NCBI RefSeq assembly: GCF_006345805.1
Contig: NC_043002.1
Location: 32,116,001 to 32,180,000, forward strand
DNA: 64,000 nt
Direction: 5' to 3'
From: Octopus sinensis
Lineage: Eukaryota
Below are positions 40,568 through 54,404 of this stretch, piece by piece. Every line of letters starts with the position of its first letter. The stretch's first letter is position 1. Made by a program: the position numbers and the translations under genes. Below the pieces are notes generated by a model. It was not told the DNA's origin. It was given only the letters and a program-made list of their open reading frames with translations, and did not search any database.

Positions 40568-40726
40568 TACGACAGGCTTCTTTCAGTTTCCATCTACCAA
40601 ATCCACTCACAAGGCTTTGGTCGGCCCGAGGCTATAGTAGAAGACACTTGATCAGGGTGCCACGCAGTGGGACTGAACCCAGATCCAAGTAGTTCGTAAG
40701 CAAGCTACTTATAACACAGCCACTCC
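40299..40726 (-). mobile_element. tRNA-derived SINE, family B
   Basis: Reverse complement of the 32070-type element, with internal (TA)n. Confidence 0.85.
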
Positions 40727-40989
40727 TTTTTTTTAAATATTTAAAAAAAATTGTCATTATCATCATCATTCTCATCCTCCTCCTCTTCACCCTCCTTTTT
40801 ATACTCATCATCATAACCATCATAATTATCGCCACCCTCAGCGTGATCGTCATTGTTGTTTTCGCGATCGTCGCCGTCGCCATCATAGCTCTCATTGTCG
40901 TCATCGTAATCTTCTATAAGAATATTCCTACTATCAAGGTTATAATATTGTAGGACTGCATTATTGTCGTTTGTGGTTTTCTTTCTCAG

Positions 40990-41082
40990 GTGGGTTTGGC
41001 TAGTATTTCTAGCAATTTGAACAATCTTGCTCCTCCCTTGCTGAATCGTCAATGCTTCTGCTATAGGATTCGCTCGTGACAT
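40990..41082 (+). other. 93-nt candidate exon with strong splice sites but stops in all three frames
   Basis: ttttctttctcag|G...AT|gtaagt. Frame 0 reads VGLASISSNLNNLAPPLLNRQCFCYRIRS*. Frame 1 reads WVWLVFLAI*TILLLPC*IVNASAIGFARD. Confidence 0.4.
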
Positions 41083-41457
41083 GTAAGTTTTCCTGTAACT
41101 ACACGCAGATATCGGCAGGTAAACATATATTTTTGTTCTGCTGGATTATGAAACAACATTGACAATGATAAGTTTTAAACGAACTGCTAACCGGTCGATT
41201 AAGGAGAAAAATAATGAAAAAAAAAACGTAAGAATTAAGAGTTTAACGAAGAAGAATTAAGATATTAATAAGAATTAAAGACATTAATGTGAAGAATGTG
41301 TTATGAATAGCAAATGGACAAAAATCTTTTGTCAGTTTATCTAAAGATTAACTATAATTCAATGGCATAGAGAATGTAAACATCGAGAGCTAAAAATCTC
41401 AATTCTAATGGAGAAACTGATAACTATGTTTTAAGCCTCTCAGTTAAGTAATAACAG

Positions 41458-41517
<60 letters not shown>

Positions 41518-42479
41518 TATATATATATATATTATATATATATATATATATTATATATATATATACATATAAATATTTACATATACATATATATATATAC
41601 ATATGTATGTTTATATATAAACGTATATATATATTCTGCACAATAAAAAATACTCTCACACTCACAAAGCTCTGGTTATTCTATAGGAGACAATGGAATT
41701 AATTCTATTAGACCATCAAATTCTAGATAAGTATAAATATTTTCCAAGACATTCGAAAATGGTTAAATATGTTTCAACCGATTTTAGTATTTGAAAGTAA
41801 AGAGAAATATGAACTGTTCATGAATACCGGAGATATAGTAGAAAGCATGAAAACAATAGGAGTGTAGTATATACGAATATACACATACACATGTCTATAC
41901 TCATACGCGGTTATTTACAAAACACACACACAACACGCGCTCACGCGAATGGAAGAGTGATTCATGATATTATATTTCCAGAAACAAAGTTTCGTCTTCA
42001 GTCCTATTGCGCAGTTCTTTTGTTAGATATTTCTAATTTAGACCCGGAATGTCTAATGGCCAGCGAAACATAGCCGTAACCAGCCAACACTAACACGCTA
42101 ATATGCACTTATATGTGTAGGCGTGTGTCCGTTCTCGAGTTGTGTTTCGCTGTTACACCATGCCTGTGGAATTTTCATGTTCTTGTAAGTTAAACTTTTG
42201 GCAAAGCTGGAGTGATAGACAAGCATTAGAAACCCCAGATAGGGTTCTCTGAAGAGTAGTTAACAAACAATGAAACGGTCCAATAGATAACTCTTCACTC
42301 TTTTCCCTCACATCAAGGAAAGTGTTTACATTCGTATTTCCCGTATACTGAATATGTGTTGAATATGTGTCTGTGCATTATAGATGCATGTATGTATGTA
42401 TGTATGTATGTATGTATGTATGTATGTATTTACGTACGTATGTATGTATGGATATGTATAGGCGTATGTATTGCGTACG

Positions 42480-42524
<45 letters not shown>

Positions 42525-42628
42525 CGTATAAATATATAAATACGTATAAATATATATATATATTTCTTGTTTGGATTAACTATATATAATATATATTATA
42601 TATATATATATGTATATATATGTATATG

Positions 42629-42684
<56 letters not shown>

Positions 42685-42816
42685 TGTATAAGGTTGCATG
42701 TGTGTATATGTGCGTGTGTATGTGTATATCCATGTGCATGAATACAAGTTACAAAGACATATGGTAAACGACATACCATCAAGTATTTAACACACCGCTG
42801 CAGGGACTGTTGAATA

Positions 42817-42855
<39 letters not shown>

Positions 42856-43706
42856 GTGTGTGTATGTATGTACGTATGTATATGTATATGTATACATACA
42901 TGCACACGCACGCATGCATACATACATACATACATACACAGCCCAAACACATGTACATAAGTGTTCCTGTATCTTCACGACCTCTCTCACATTTCCTCTC
43001 TTTTTCTCCGTTCATATGCGTCCTTAAGTGAGTATTGGAGGCACAGATGTATATGCGCGTATATATTGGGCATATAGATTCGTATGCATGTGAGCGACTG
43101 TTTATATAGAGATGAATAAATAGGGTAAGTAGATTTCTACACTACAGAAGGATAGAGGGTAAGCAAAAGCAGAAAGGGATTCTGAAGAATATAGAGATAG
43201 GATAAACATAAATAATAAATGAACGAAAGAAAGAAATACTATGAAAGACTACAAAAACAAAACAAAAAAAATGACAAAAGAATAATATAAAACAACAAAA
43301 TAATGTGATGAGAAGAGAAAAACCGATGATAAACATACGTAAAAAAAATCATTAAAGTGTTCAAGAGAATTGCACAAAGAAATCTGGTTAGAAAGAGCAA
43401 GTGATATTTGAGTATATAAATAAGTGAATGACAATATGTGGCAGGCAATTATCAACAGAAGGATCCAGAAACAGGACGTCTGTTGTACCATGAAATATTC
43501 TACCTTGAGTACAACATATATACATACATATACATATAATGAGCATGCGTATAGATTTATATACGCATGTATATACATATAAGTGTGTGTGTATGTGTGT
43601 GTGTATGTGTGTGTGTATGTATGTATGTATGTATATATATATATGTATGTGTATATATATGTGTATATATGTGCTTGCATATATATGTGTGCGTATATAT
43701 ATATGC

Positions 43707-43743
<37 letters not shown>

Positions 43744-44451
43744 CACATATATACATATATATGCATATACATATATGTATATATATATGTATGTGTGTGT
43801 ATGTATATGTACATACATATATGATTGTTTGTGTGTATGCAATCACATATACAAATATACATATATATATATATACACGTACATAAATATACATATGCAT
43901 ACGTAGATATACGCATACAAGCGTATATTACATAAATTTTATATACTCACATGCATGCCCGCGTATGTTCATTCGTACATGTGCGTATGTTACCGTCTAT
44001 ATAGGCGAATGTGTGTATATCTGTGTGTGTGTGTATATATGAATATGAGTGCTTGTGTATGTCAAAATATACATTAGGGAAATAACTTAAGTATTAAAAG
44101 ACCTATCTCTAAAACAGATTACCACTTTAATACCCATCTGTAGACACAGAAAGCATATGTAAAGTATATGTAGCGTGGAGCTGCACTACTACCCTCTCTG
44201 TCTCTCCCTCTTTCTGCCTTTACGTGCGTGTATGTGTATATAAGAATGCATATATATGAATGTGTGTGTGTGTGTGTGTGTGTGTGTTTGTGTAATTATA
44301 TATGCTTTGTATATATGTCTATTAGTATGCCGATTTAGAGCACTTTCATCATTTAGGCTACCTAATGTCATCCATATTTACGATATAATGGTCACTGGTT
44401 CTACCTCAGAAATTCTATCACTCATTATATATATATATATATATATAATAT

Positions 44452-44554
<103 letters not shown>

Positions 44555-44572
44555 TGCAAGTGTAGGTAAGTG

Positions 44573-44615
<43 letters not shown>

Positions 44616-44950
44616 GTGTATATGTCGAGGGTATGATTTTTAAACTGCATCCGAGAATGGGAACTTCGTTCGGAAGGTCCAGGCTTTTGAGGGTTGACGA
44701 ACCGCCTGTAAGACACAATTGTTTTCAGTTTACTCTGACCCGGAGATTTACCATCTGTTAGGATCCCAGCCATAGGTTAAACAGCATGGGAACCACTGGA
44801 AAGGAAGGACACCCTAATTCTCCTTAGAACTTGCTTTTAGCAGAAGGTTAATACATATGGAAAACCTCGAGTGCTGTTGGTTTCTCACCGTCTCGGCCTC
44901 TGTTGTGCCACTGGCGTTATAGGTGATTCCAGTGTATGTATGTATGTATA

Positions 44951-45100
<150 letters not shown>

Positions 45101-45594
45101 CTCGCTCTTCAGTACTGCTGTAAGCAGCCACGATGATAGAATGGCTATTTAACGGCTCCTGAAATATGTGTAAGCCATTTTTTCTCTTACTTCAAACTAT
45201 GAAATATTATTGTGAGTGATTCAAAGATTTGAGATATTTTCTAGAGAATTGCCTATATGTTTGCTAAAACTTTGAGACATTTATAGATTCTTACATCTCA
45301 ACTACGACGTGATGTTCCATAGATAGATTCCTTTGTCGTAAATAGATTTCTGTATCTTAGCTACGCTATGTCCACCTTATCGTCGCTCCTCGCAAAAACC
45401 GCAACCCAGTTACCCCCAATCCACTGCCAGACCTGTCAACTTCCAGTCCAGTCAAATAGCCTGTATTAATAGGTCTTAGAGTAATAATATAATTATAGTA
45501 ATAATAGTGAAACTATAATAGTAAAACAAGTAAATAATAATGTAAGGATTATTGTACTAACAGTGGAATTACAATAGTGAATAAGAAAATAATA

Positions 45595-46388
45595 ATCCAG
45601 AATGAACTGGCAACCTCAGTAAGCTTGCTTGGTGAGGAGGGTGGATTTTCGACACCCTGAGGAATTAAAAGCAAAGCCCAGCAAAGGGCTGAGGAACTCA
45701 GAAGAGTGAATGACCATTCTGAAAACGGATAGACAGAACCCATGAGACTTGGTTGGGAGTCTGTCTAGAAGCGACACTCTGATTTAAAAACTGGGGTAAA
45801 TAGGACTTCTTAGTCATAGGGGCGACAGCCTGTCAGTGTTGAACAGCTCCATGCCTGGGATGAAGGCGAATGAACCACGAATCGGGTCTTAACTCCGGAG
45901 CAATATTTGGATGAAGTTATAGGAATAACTGATGTTCCTCTGTCTCCTAAAGAAAATCATGACCATGGTCCCCAACACACAGAAATGCGAAAGGAACAGG
46001 CCTAACTTACGGGTAGTAAGGGCTCTGAAGTCTTGGTTGACAATCTTACTAAAGATGGTGTCTCTCGATAAAATACCGGTTCGTAGCTAACCTTAAAACA
46101 CAAACCTCAGTGTTGAGTGAAAATGTATAATACTAATGTATCAAGTAACAGTATTAATGAGGCTGGAAACAAAGATGAAAGCCTTTTGCCCGGCAGGTGC
46201 CCTGTGGTTGAGCAGCGAAGGCCCAATCGTTATCCAGAGACTGCTTGTGCACAAAGCTAGAGGCTGGGAAGAAAGTGGGATAAGGAGGCAAACCAAACAG
46301 TAATGGAATGCTGGCTCATGAGTGAAGCCAACAGAAGGGGATTCCGACAACGAATGAAAGCAAAATGGAATGTGATAGGACTCTTCGA
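45595..46388 (+). mobile_element. R4/Dong-like element 5' leader and ORF start
   Basis: Homologous to 12070-12558 on the minus strand. Preceded by degenerate TAA repeats. Has about 215 bp extra relative to the other copy. Confidence 0.8.
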
Positions 46389-47885
46389 TTATTCAATGAA
46401 AAACATACCTATATCATCCAGGGAACTATACTCTAAGAAACTACTGGAGAAAATTACGGATCTTATTAAACATATGAGATAGAAGCCCTTCCAGTACAAC
46501 AATAAAGAGTCTATCACAGAGAACATATACCATGAAATTAAATCTAAGAAATTCTCTCCCAAAATAACAGACTTAAACGACTTCAAAACAGATCTACTGA
46601 AGCCTATAAACAAAACCAATTTTGGTAAGTCCTTTAAAACCTTTCAACGGAAACAGAAAAAGGCAAAAACACAAAAAGTGCAAAGAAACGCCACTTTTTT
46701 CTGATAAAACCGAGAACTTATACCTTGCTGACAACAGCACATACTCGCAATTCCTACATAACAATGTTATTAGTAATAATTCTCTAAACGAGATATAGAC
46801 AGTAACTGCTCCATAACAAAAGGGACATTAGCCATTTGAATGTGGTTACACTAAAGCTAGACCACATGTTTATAACGCTAGTTTTCAGCTAGATAAAGAA
46901 AAATAAAGATCCTTCGAAAAAAAGAAGCCCTTATAACTATTAAGGACCATAAAAAGAACTTCCTATCTGATCCTAAATGCAGACTAATTAACCCTGCAAA
47001 ATCAGAAATTTGTATAATTAGTAAGGAAATTTTAAGAAAAATCAATGCTAAAGTTAGAGGGGCAAACTAATTTAGTACAATAGAAGTTGATAGCTGGTTT
47101 AAAGCAATTAGAAATAAGAATAAAGCAAGATTTACACAATTTGATATTGTAGATTTCTATGCATCTATTTCTAGAAAACTCCCAAGCGATTTTACAGAGA
47201 TTAGTGAACAAGATAAGTATATAATCCTCCACGTTAGAAAGACCTTACTCTTCAGCAAGAACACTGAGTGGGCTAAGACGGCTGACACACATACTCTAGT
47301 TTTAGTTAAGAATACCAATGGAGCAGCGCGAAATCAATTCGATGTGAGCATCGGGTCCTATGATGGAGCGGGCATATGCAATCTCATTGGGCTATTCTTG
47401 CTTGACACGTAAGGAAAAGCTTTTCCTAGTCTATATTTCGCTATTTATAGAGATGATACTCTAGCTTTAGTTAAGAATACCAATGGAGCAGCGCAAAATC
47501 AATTAAGAAAGGATATTATTCATCTTATGAAAACACAATAGCATAACAATAGATACCAACTTGACGGTTGTTAATTTCCTTGACGTATCTCTGGATTTGC
47601 AAAAGTATATTTACAACCCCTATAGAAAGCCCAACGATAAACTGCCACGCACCTCGTAATGTTTAAGAATATTAGTAGGAGAATTTTTAGCCTCTCCTCC
47701 AATATAAACATATTTAATAATACTGCCCCACTATATAAAAAACCCTTAAAGCTAGTAGATTTAAAGAGGAAATGGCTTACACACCTGCTATTAGGCCAGA
47801 AATAAAGAAAATAAAAAACATAGACAGGAACATTTTCTGGTTCACGCCCCCTTACTCATCCGAAGTGACCTTTAATATAGTAAAC
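46389..47885 (+). mobile_element. Penelope-like RT pseudogene
   Basis: DYSMKNIP, ITIKDHKKNF, CRLINPAKSEI, FDIVDFYASIS, GSYDGA, IYRDDTL, VNFLDVSLDL and WFTPPYS motifs in order, with stops and frameshifts. Confidence 0.9.
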
Positions 47886-47912
47886 TTGGAGGGAAATACG
47901 AATTCACTCGTA

Positions 47913-47980
<68 letters not shown>

Positions 47981-48058
47981 TGTATGTATGTATGTATGTA
48001 TTGTATGTATGTATGCAATGACACCATTCTGTATATGAGGATGAATTTGCATGCACAT

Positions 48059-48102
<44 letters not shown>

Positions 48103-48539
48103 ACATGGGTGCGTGTCTGTGTGTGGATACATGTATATATATATGAGTACATGCATGCACATATATGTTTGTGTGTGTATGTGCAAGTACATCTACTTGT
48201 TTGTGCTAGTGCGTACGTATGTAGACATTATGAACGCAGGAGGTTTTATGTGTATGCATTGTGAGAATATGGCTGCGTGTATCTTTTATCTTCTATATTT
48301 TTTCTACTTGTTAGAGTAACTTCCCTTTTATTGAACGGTTTTTCATAGCATCTGTTACCATTAATAGCCGACGAAAATGCATCGTAGCTCTTTGCTCCGG
48401 TATTTGAAATTCTGCGTACTATAATGACAACTTACTGATTGTCCTAAAGTATAAATATAAATAATCATCTCTTTATCTAATATCGAGATCTCATTCTTTT
48501 GTTGTCCCTTTTTATGATACATATATATACTTTTTCTTT

Positions 48540-48686
48540 TATCTATTTCGGTCATTAAATTGCTGCCATGTTGGAGTATCAAATGCTTGGTAGACCGGAG
48601 GCTATAGGAAAACACACCTGCCCATGGTGCCACTTAGTGGGACTGAACCCGGAGCCATGTGATTGGTAAGCTAAATTTTTACCACA
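48540..48686 (-). mobile_element. Internally deleted SINE family B remnant
   Basis: Tail-like cggtcattaaattgctgccatgttggag joined to head gggactgaacccggagccatgtg. Confidence 0.6.
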
Positions 48687-49733
48687 GAAGAGTTCTTAGA
48701 CTAGTTTCTTTGACACGGATATATCTTGGTTAAATACAGCTTCCCACCTGAGTGAAATTTGTTGTCTCAAAGATAACTTAAAATAGTGATACTATGAAAC
48801 TAAACATAACATGAGTGAATTCTGTGTGTGTGTGTGTGTGTGTGGTTATTCTAGAAATTGTAAGATGCCTGCGCTATGCTTTACTGTCTGTAAAGAAGCA
48901 TATCATGATCAAATAACCAAAGGTATCTCGCAGGTTAAAAGAGGTGGAGTTATTAGACTATCCGTCAATATCTTTTTTTATTCCACACATAGTACTAAAT
49001 ACTCATAGAAAGCTATGAGAATAAAATTAACAAAAGGTGTGAAACGACGAATTAGTGGCTTATGTAATACATCTTTAAAAGAAATGTCCTTTTCCATATA
49101 GGTAGAAAGAATTAAGAAGAAGCAGAAAATTATTTTTTTTATTGTTCCTTATGCTTCTTCAAGTATCTGGTGGAGTTTTTGTAACACCTCCCTGATGCAT
49201 TATATTTAAGTGCATGAAATAACATCATTTTTTGTGGAGCATAATTTTTTTCAGCTAGCAAGATTTATTGAAGTTTACAAAAACTAACATTATTTGTTTA
49301 GTCTCTGAAGACCATAAATTACTGCGAACCTTGCATTTATTATTAAATGAAAAACTAAACTCCAGATAAAGGTTTGCAAAAATAAAGATGTAGATTTCTT
49401 CTCTCCTATAGGTTCAAGATGCTTACTGAAATCTACTCAAGTTAAAAACGTCTCTACAAATCATATATAATTCGTGACAGGATGTTATTCAATGGTGAGA
49501 ACTGAATACAACAAGTGTGTTACAGCAACCGAAAAGAAAATCAAAATGGCGACCATAAAAATCTTACGTTACGATACCAAAATATTTACATATAACTATT
49601 TGAAACTGAACTATCATGTATTACAATTTACATGAAGCAGTAGCAATGAAATACGGCGAAAGATACAAATCAAGTAAAACCTGATAATTTCGGTAAGCTA
49701 TACATGCACACACACACACACACACACACGCAT

Positions 49734-49819
<86 letters not shown>

Positions 49820-50337
49820 TGATACTTTGACAATTTACACGATGCAGTAATTTATAGATCAAGTTAAACATGATAACTTCGGAAAGCTATGTATGTATAT
49901 ATATATATATATACTACGTATGTGGAAATTCGGTGGGTGTTTCTCTGTGGCGTTGTTAGCTAACTCCTCCTACATCGTTTTATTGATTTTGATGAGACTT
50001 GACACATGAAGAGAACTCGTGTCTGGATACCTCGTGACATACTTAAATTGTTGAAAAAATCGATAATACGGCCCGTGAAAGGGACCTTTATATCTACCTT
50101 GTATAACTTTTTTAAAAACACCCAAGGGAAATAACTCTACCACAAACACAATATCTTTTTTAAACACTCAAGGGAAATAACCCAATTCATTGTTTATGTT
50201 TGATTACTTTGAACCAGTGATCAGCCAACCTAATTCTGCATTTTACTACTCACAGTTTAGAACTGCTAAACATTATTATTGCGCTTCCTTAATTTGAATC
50301 TCTTCATTTATACATCTTTATACATACATACCTTTTT

Positions 50338-50899
50338 GAATGCCCATTACTCCGATAATTCTGCATATTTACAGTTACACTTTCTCCATGACAGTAGATT
50401 TTTTTCTACAACGTACTTGTAGTGGCTTCATGCAGCCATAGCGTCGATTCGATCTTCGATTGCCAAATTTCACTTAACAATTCAACAGCGCTTTTCTCAC
50501 GGTACAACAATAGTTTTTCTATGAATGACAGCATTTGTACATTTCCCAGATGCCTCCGCTAAGCAGAATTTCTTTGCCACTTGACCTTTCAAACCTCTTC
50601 TAGGCCACTAGAGGTGGAATGGAGATAACAGACCTCCAACGAAATCATTTGTTCTCAACAATATGTCTATCCTTCTGGCTGCTTTTCCATAGTTATAAAA
50701 ACAAGAACTCCGTTAAACGCAGTTTCTGACAGCGACCACCAGTCAGTGTGAGCGTTATTATTGCACTTTATTCTAACACTTAATCCATATATTTTTATAC
50801 ATATATACTACATTCATATATTACTTTTAATAAACTAGCCTTCATGAAGTTCACCTTTAAAACGCCACTACGAGTCAGAGTACGACTGGGTGCTTCTAC
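50338..50899 (+). mobile_element. Probable non-autonomous Helitron-related unit
   Basis: Shares gaatgcccat.actccga.aattctgcat with 51137. Ends in hairpin agtc-agagtac-gact followed by gggtgcttctac, similar to a Helitron 3' terminus. Confidence 0.4.
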
Positions 50900-51136
50900 T
50901 TCACAAGCTACTCTTATACGACAATGGCCATCTCAAATAATCTCTGATTCATTATGTTTCATATTTACAAAATAAATCAATTATTCTTCGTCTATTCTAA
51001 TTCATTATCTAAACAGTTATATACATATTGCTGTAATTAATTTACACATTGCATTAATAGACATTTTTTCAACATCTCCAAATAACTAAATTCTGCCAAT
51101 GCATGCAGAGTTTTCAATTAAATTTCATTACATTAT

Positions 51137-52370
51137 GAATGCCCATAACTCCGACAATTCTGCATTTTTCAAGTTCAAATTTTACGATGATAGTACACAC
51201 ATTTTTCATTCCACAACGTATTTCATGTTTGTCCCAGTACAATGAACTCATACTTTGAATGCTTAAAATCTTTAAAAAACGAAACCAAACTTCCACACCG
51301 CATTGCCTTGCGACACCCTGTATCAGTTAAACTTATTTTGCAAATCATATTTATTGCTTATTTACAGTTCATACAACATTTTAATGAACGTCTATTCAGG
51401 ATATACTACGCAGAATTCAAAGTCAGAACCCATCGGAAATGGTCGAATACAACGAGGCTATTTTCATCGAGGTATTCAATGATCTAGACAACCGAGTGAA
51501 ATCCATGGGTGGCTGTGGAGTTGCTGCTTTTGGTCTACCTCAATCAGCTGTGTCACCTGAAACCCTTGACATCGAATATGTACGGCAGATCAATTATGAC
51601 GTCGAAGAAATGACAGAGTTTGTGGCTGATAATGAGCATAAATTGAACGAAGATAAAAAAAAACTGCCTTCGAATCCACTGTTTCATCCACTCATATCGA
51701 GACTGGTAGTCTCTTCTTTCTCGATTCTCCAAGTGGAACTGGCAAAACATTCATTATCAATCTTATTTTGGCGAAGCTGCAACAAAATAAACAGAAAGCA
51801 TTTGCCGTGGCTTCAAGGGGAATAGCTACAACTCTGTTAGGCGGCGGACGCACAGCTTATTCGTGCTTCAAATTGCCTCTGGGCCTTGGCAAAAATGACA
51901 TAGCAACCTGTAATATCAGTCGTGGCAATACAAAAGCAAAAACTCTCACCGTGTGCAAATTGATCATTTGGGATGAAGTGACCATGAGTTATAAGGGGGC
52001 TTTTGAGGCTCTTGACAGATTACTTCATGATCTGAGGCACAACTCAAGGCTAATGGGCGGCCTAACAGTATTCCTTGCAGGAGACTTTCGACAAGCATTC
52101 CCAATCATTCCAAAGGGAACAAGAGCAAATGAGGTAAATGCGAGCATCAAATCTTCATAGGTCTGGAGCAAGGTTAGAAAGTTGAAACTCACAACAATCA
52201 TGAGAGTGCAGTGAGGTGGTGAGGCGCACATGGAGAACTTCTGCAGGCAATTAATGGGTATTGGAAACGGTGCTGTAATTATTGAGTAGGATGGGAAGAT
52301 TAGTTTACCCGTTGACAATTTGGTGTGCTAATATACACGAACTATTGGTGCGAGTTTCCCCAATTTGAAC
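51137..52370 (+). mobile_element. Helitron Rep/helicase remnant (PIF1-type helicase)
   Basis: Walker A DSPSGTGKTFII at 51723-51758; ASRGIATTLLGGGRTAYSCFKLPL, LIIWDEVTM and GDFRQ motifs; broken by stops. Confidence 0.9.
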
Positions 52371-52804
52371 ACACAGTTCAAAGATTATTGTTGTGGTGGG
52401 GGACTCAAATTTATAACCTTAGTGAGCTTTGGTACTGGGAGAGACATACAAGTAGGAATTGTAAGAGAAAAACGTACATACAGAAATGTAGACATAGATA
52501 CACTTATATGAATATATACTCAGGAGGACTTGCGCACACACACACACATACACACACACACATTAACACTCGTGTACACACAAACAGACGCATTCACACA
52601 CACACACATAAAGGAATCCGTACACCCAAACACAGAGAGAGAAACCCACACGATCGGATAGGTATACTTGTACATCCACACAGACATGCATATATGTACA
52701 TACATACAAACAAGCATGCATATATACTTACACATGTTCATACACACATATATATTATATACATGCACACGCAAACATATATAATATATATATATATATC
52801 TAGC

Positions 52805-52847
<43 letters not shown>

Positions 52848-53093
52848 TCTACACACACAAACCCACACATATATATCCAAGTACATGCTCGTATACAAAT
52901 AAACACAAAAACGCACACAAATAAACCACACACACACCACACATAGATGCATACCTGCATGCATAAAATATGACATACGCATACGCATAAAGGTATGTAC
53001 ACACACATGCATATGTATGTATTATATATATATATATAATACATACACACGCTATGTATAAATGTATGTACAAACACATGCATGTATGCATTG

Positions 53094-53157
<64 letters not shown>

Positions 53158-54404
53158 TGCATATGTGGGCACAGGACGTCACGAAACGTCTACAACAGAA
53201 AATATAAAGTGTGTGTACATGGAATATGAACTACTTTTTCGAGCAACGAAAGACACAAATGGAAAACAAAACAAATAACACAAAGATCGACCCTTCATCA
53301 GTTGCTGGCTGTTTATCTACTCTCGTATATCGAACATTTAACAATAAAATACGCTTTCGATAAAACAGTTGCCCCCACAATGAAAATTAAGTGAAATATG
53401 AAATTTTGCAGAGGGTCAAAATTGGTAACACAAACAGGACGGTGAAAACAAACAGGAAGAGCTGCTAAGCCTAAATGAGGTTGTGGTTGTGAACGCGTAA
53501 ATCTAGCTTGGACAGGAGACGGAAAAGAACACGTTTTCCTTGATCCAGCTACAATGGAGACAAAGAAAAAATCACAAGTTAGGAGAAGAAAGATGGCCGA
53601 TGGTCACGTGGGAGCCACGTGAGCAAGAGAGGAAGAGTGATATAGAGAGAATGAGAGACAGAGAACTGTAAAGGGGAGAGGAAAAAATCAGTAGGTGGAG
53701 AAGGGGAGGTGGAAGGATAACAGAAGAAAGAGAGAAAAACGAAAGAGTAATAGGATAGAATAATGGGAAAAGATGAGGTAAAAGAATAAGAGAAAGAAAG
53801 AGAGAAAAACGAAAAGTAAAAAGATAGCGTAAGAAGATAGTAGAATTCGCATCAGAATTATTAAGATAACACATACATTCATATACACATACACATATAT
53901 ACATGTGTGGGTATATGTATGCATGTATCCATCCATATCGTTATAATGAAAATTACCATAATTTAAACGGTCACATTTATACAGAAACAATTTTTCTCGA
54001 AAGAAGACTATATATATATATATATATATATTTAAAATTAAGGATAAAATCTTTATAAGAAATTATCAGTAGTTAGCGTGAAAAGCCCGCATTTTCATAG
54101 ATATGTAAAGATAAACATTCGTACATGCTGCGGCGAATTCTACGGTTGGCTGTTGAGTATGCTATATTGTGTTTTTTCCTTACATGTCTTGAGTTCGTTA
54201 CACTGAAGAGCATAGAATGCATATTCTGCATTGATTGCGAAATCACAGGTGATATATAACTAAATTCTGTTTTTAAATGACTTGCTTTGAAGTTTTGCAT
54301 TCGGTACAATTTGTTTATTTTAGTAGTTTTGAGTCCCTCCTAGCATGCGGTACCTATGAATAATACTACCCTCTATATAATATAAATATATATATATATA
54401 TATT

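Noticed and set aside
40741-41082. 113-aa acidic minus-strand ORF
   Set aside because: The C-terminal half is a GAT/GAC/GAG trinucleotide tract, and splice signals favour the plus strand.
53228-53310. CUGAUGA...GAAA on the minus strand suggesting another hammerhead
   Set aside because: Stem I cannot be formed after any NUH site and stem II is weak.
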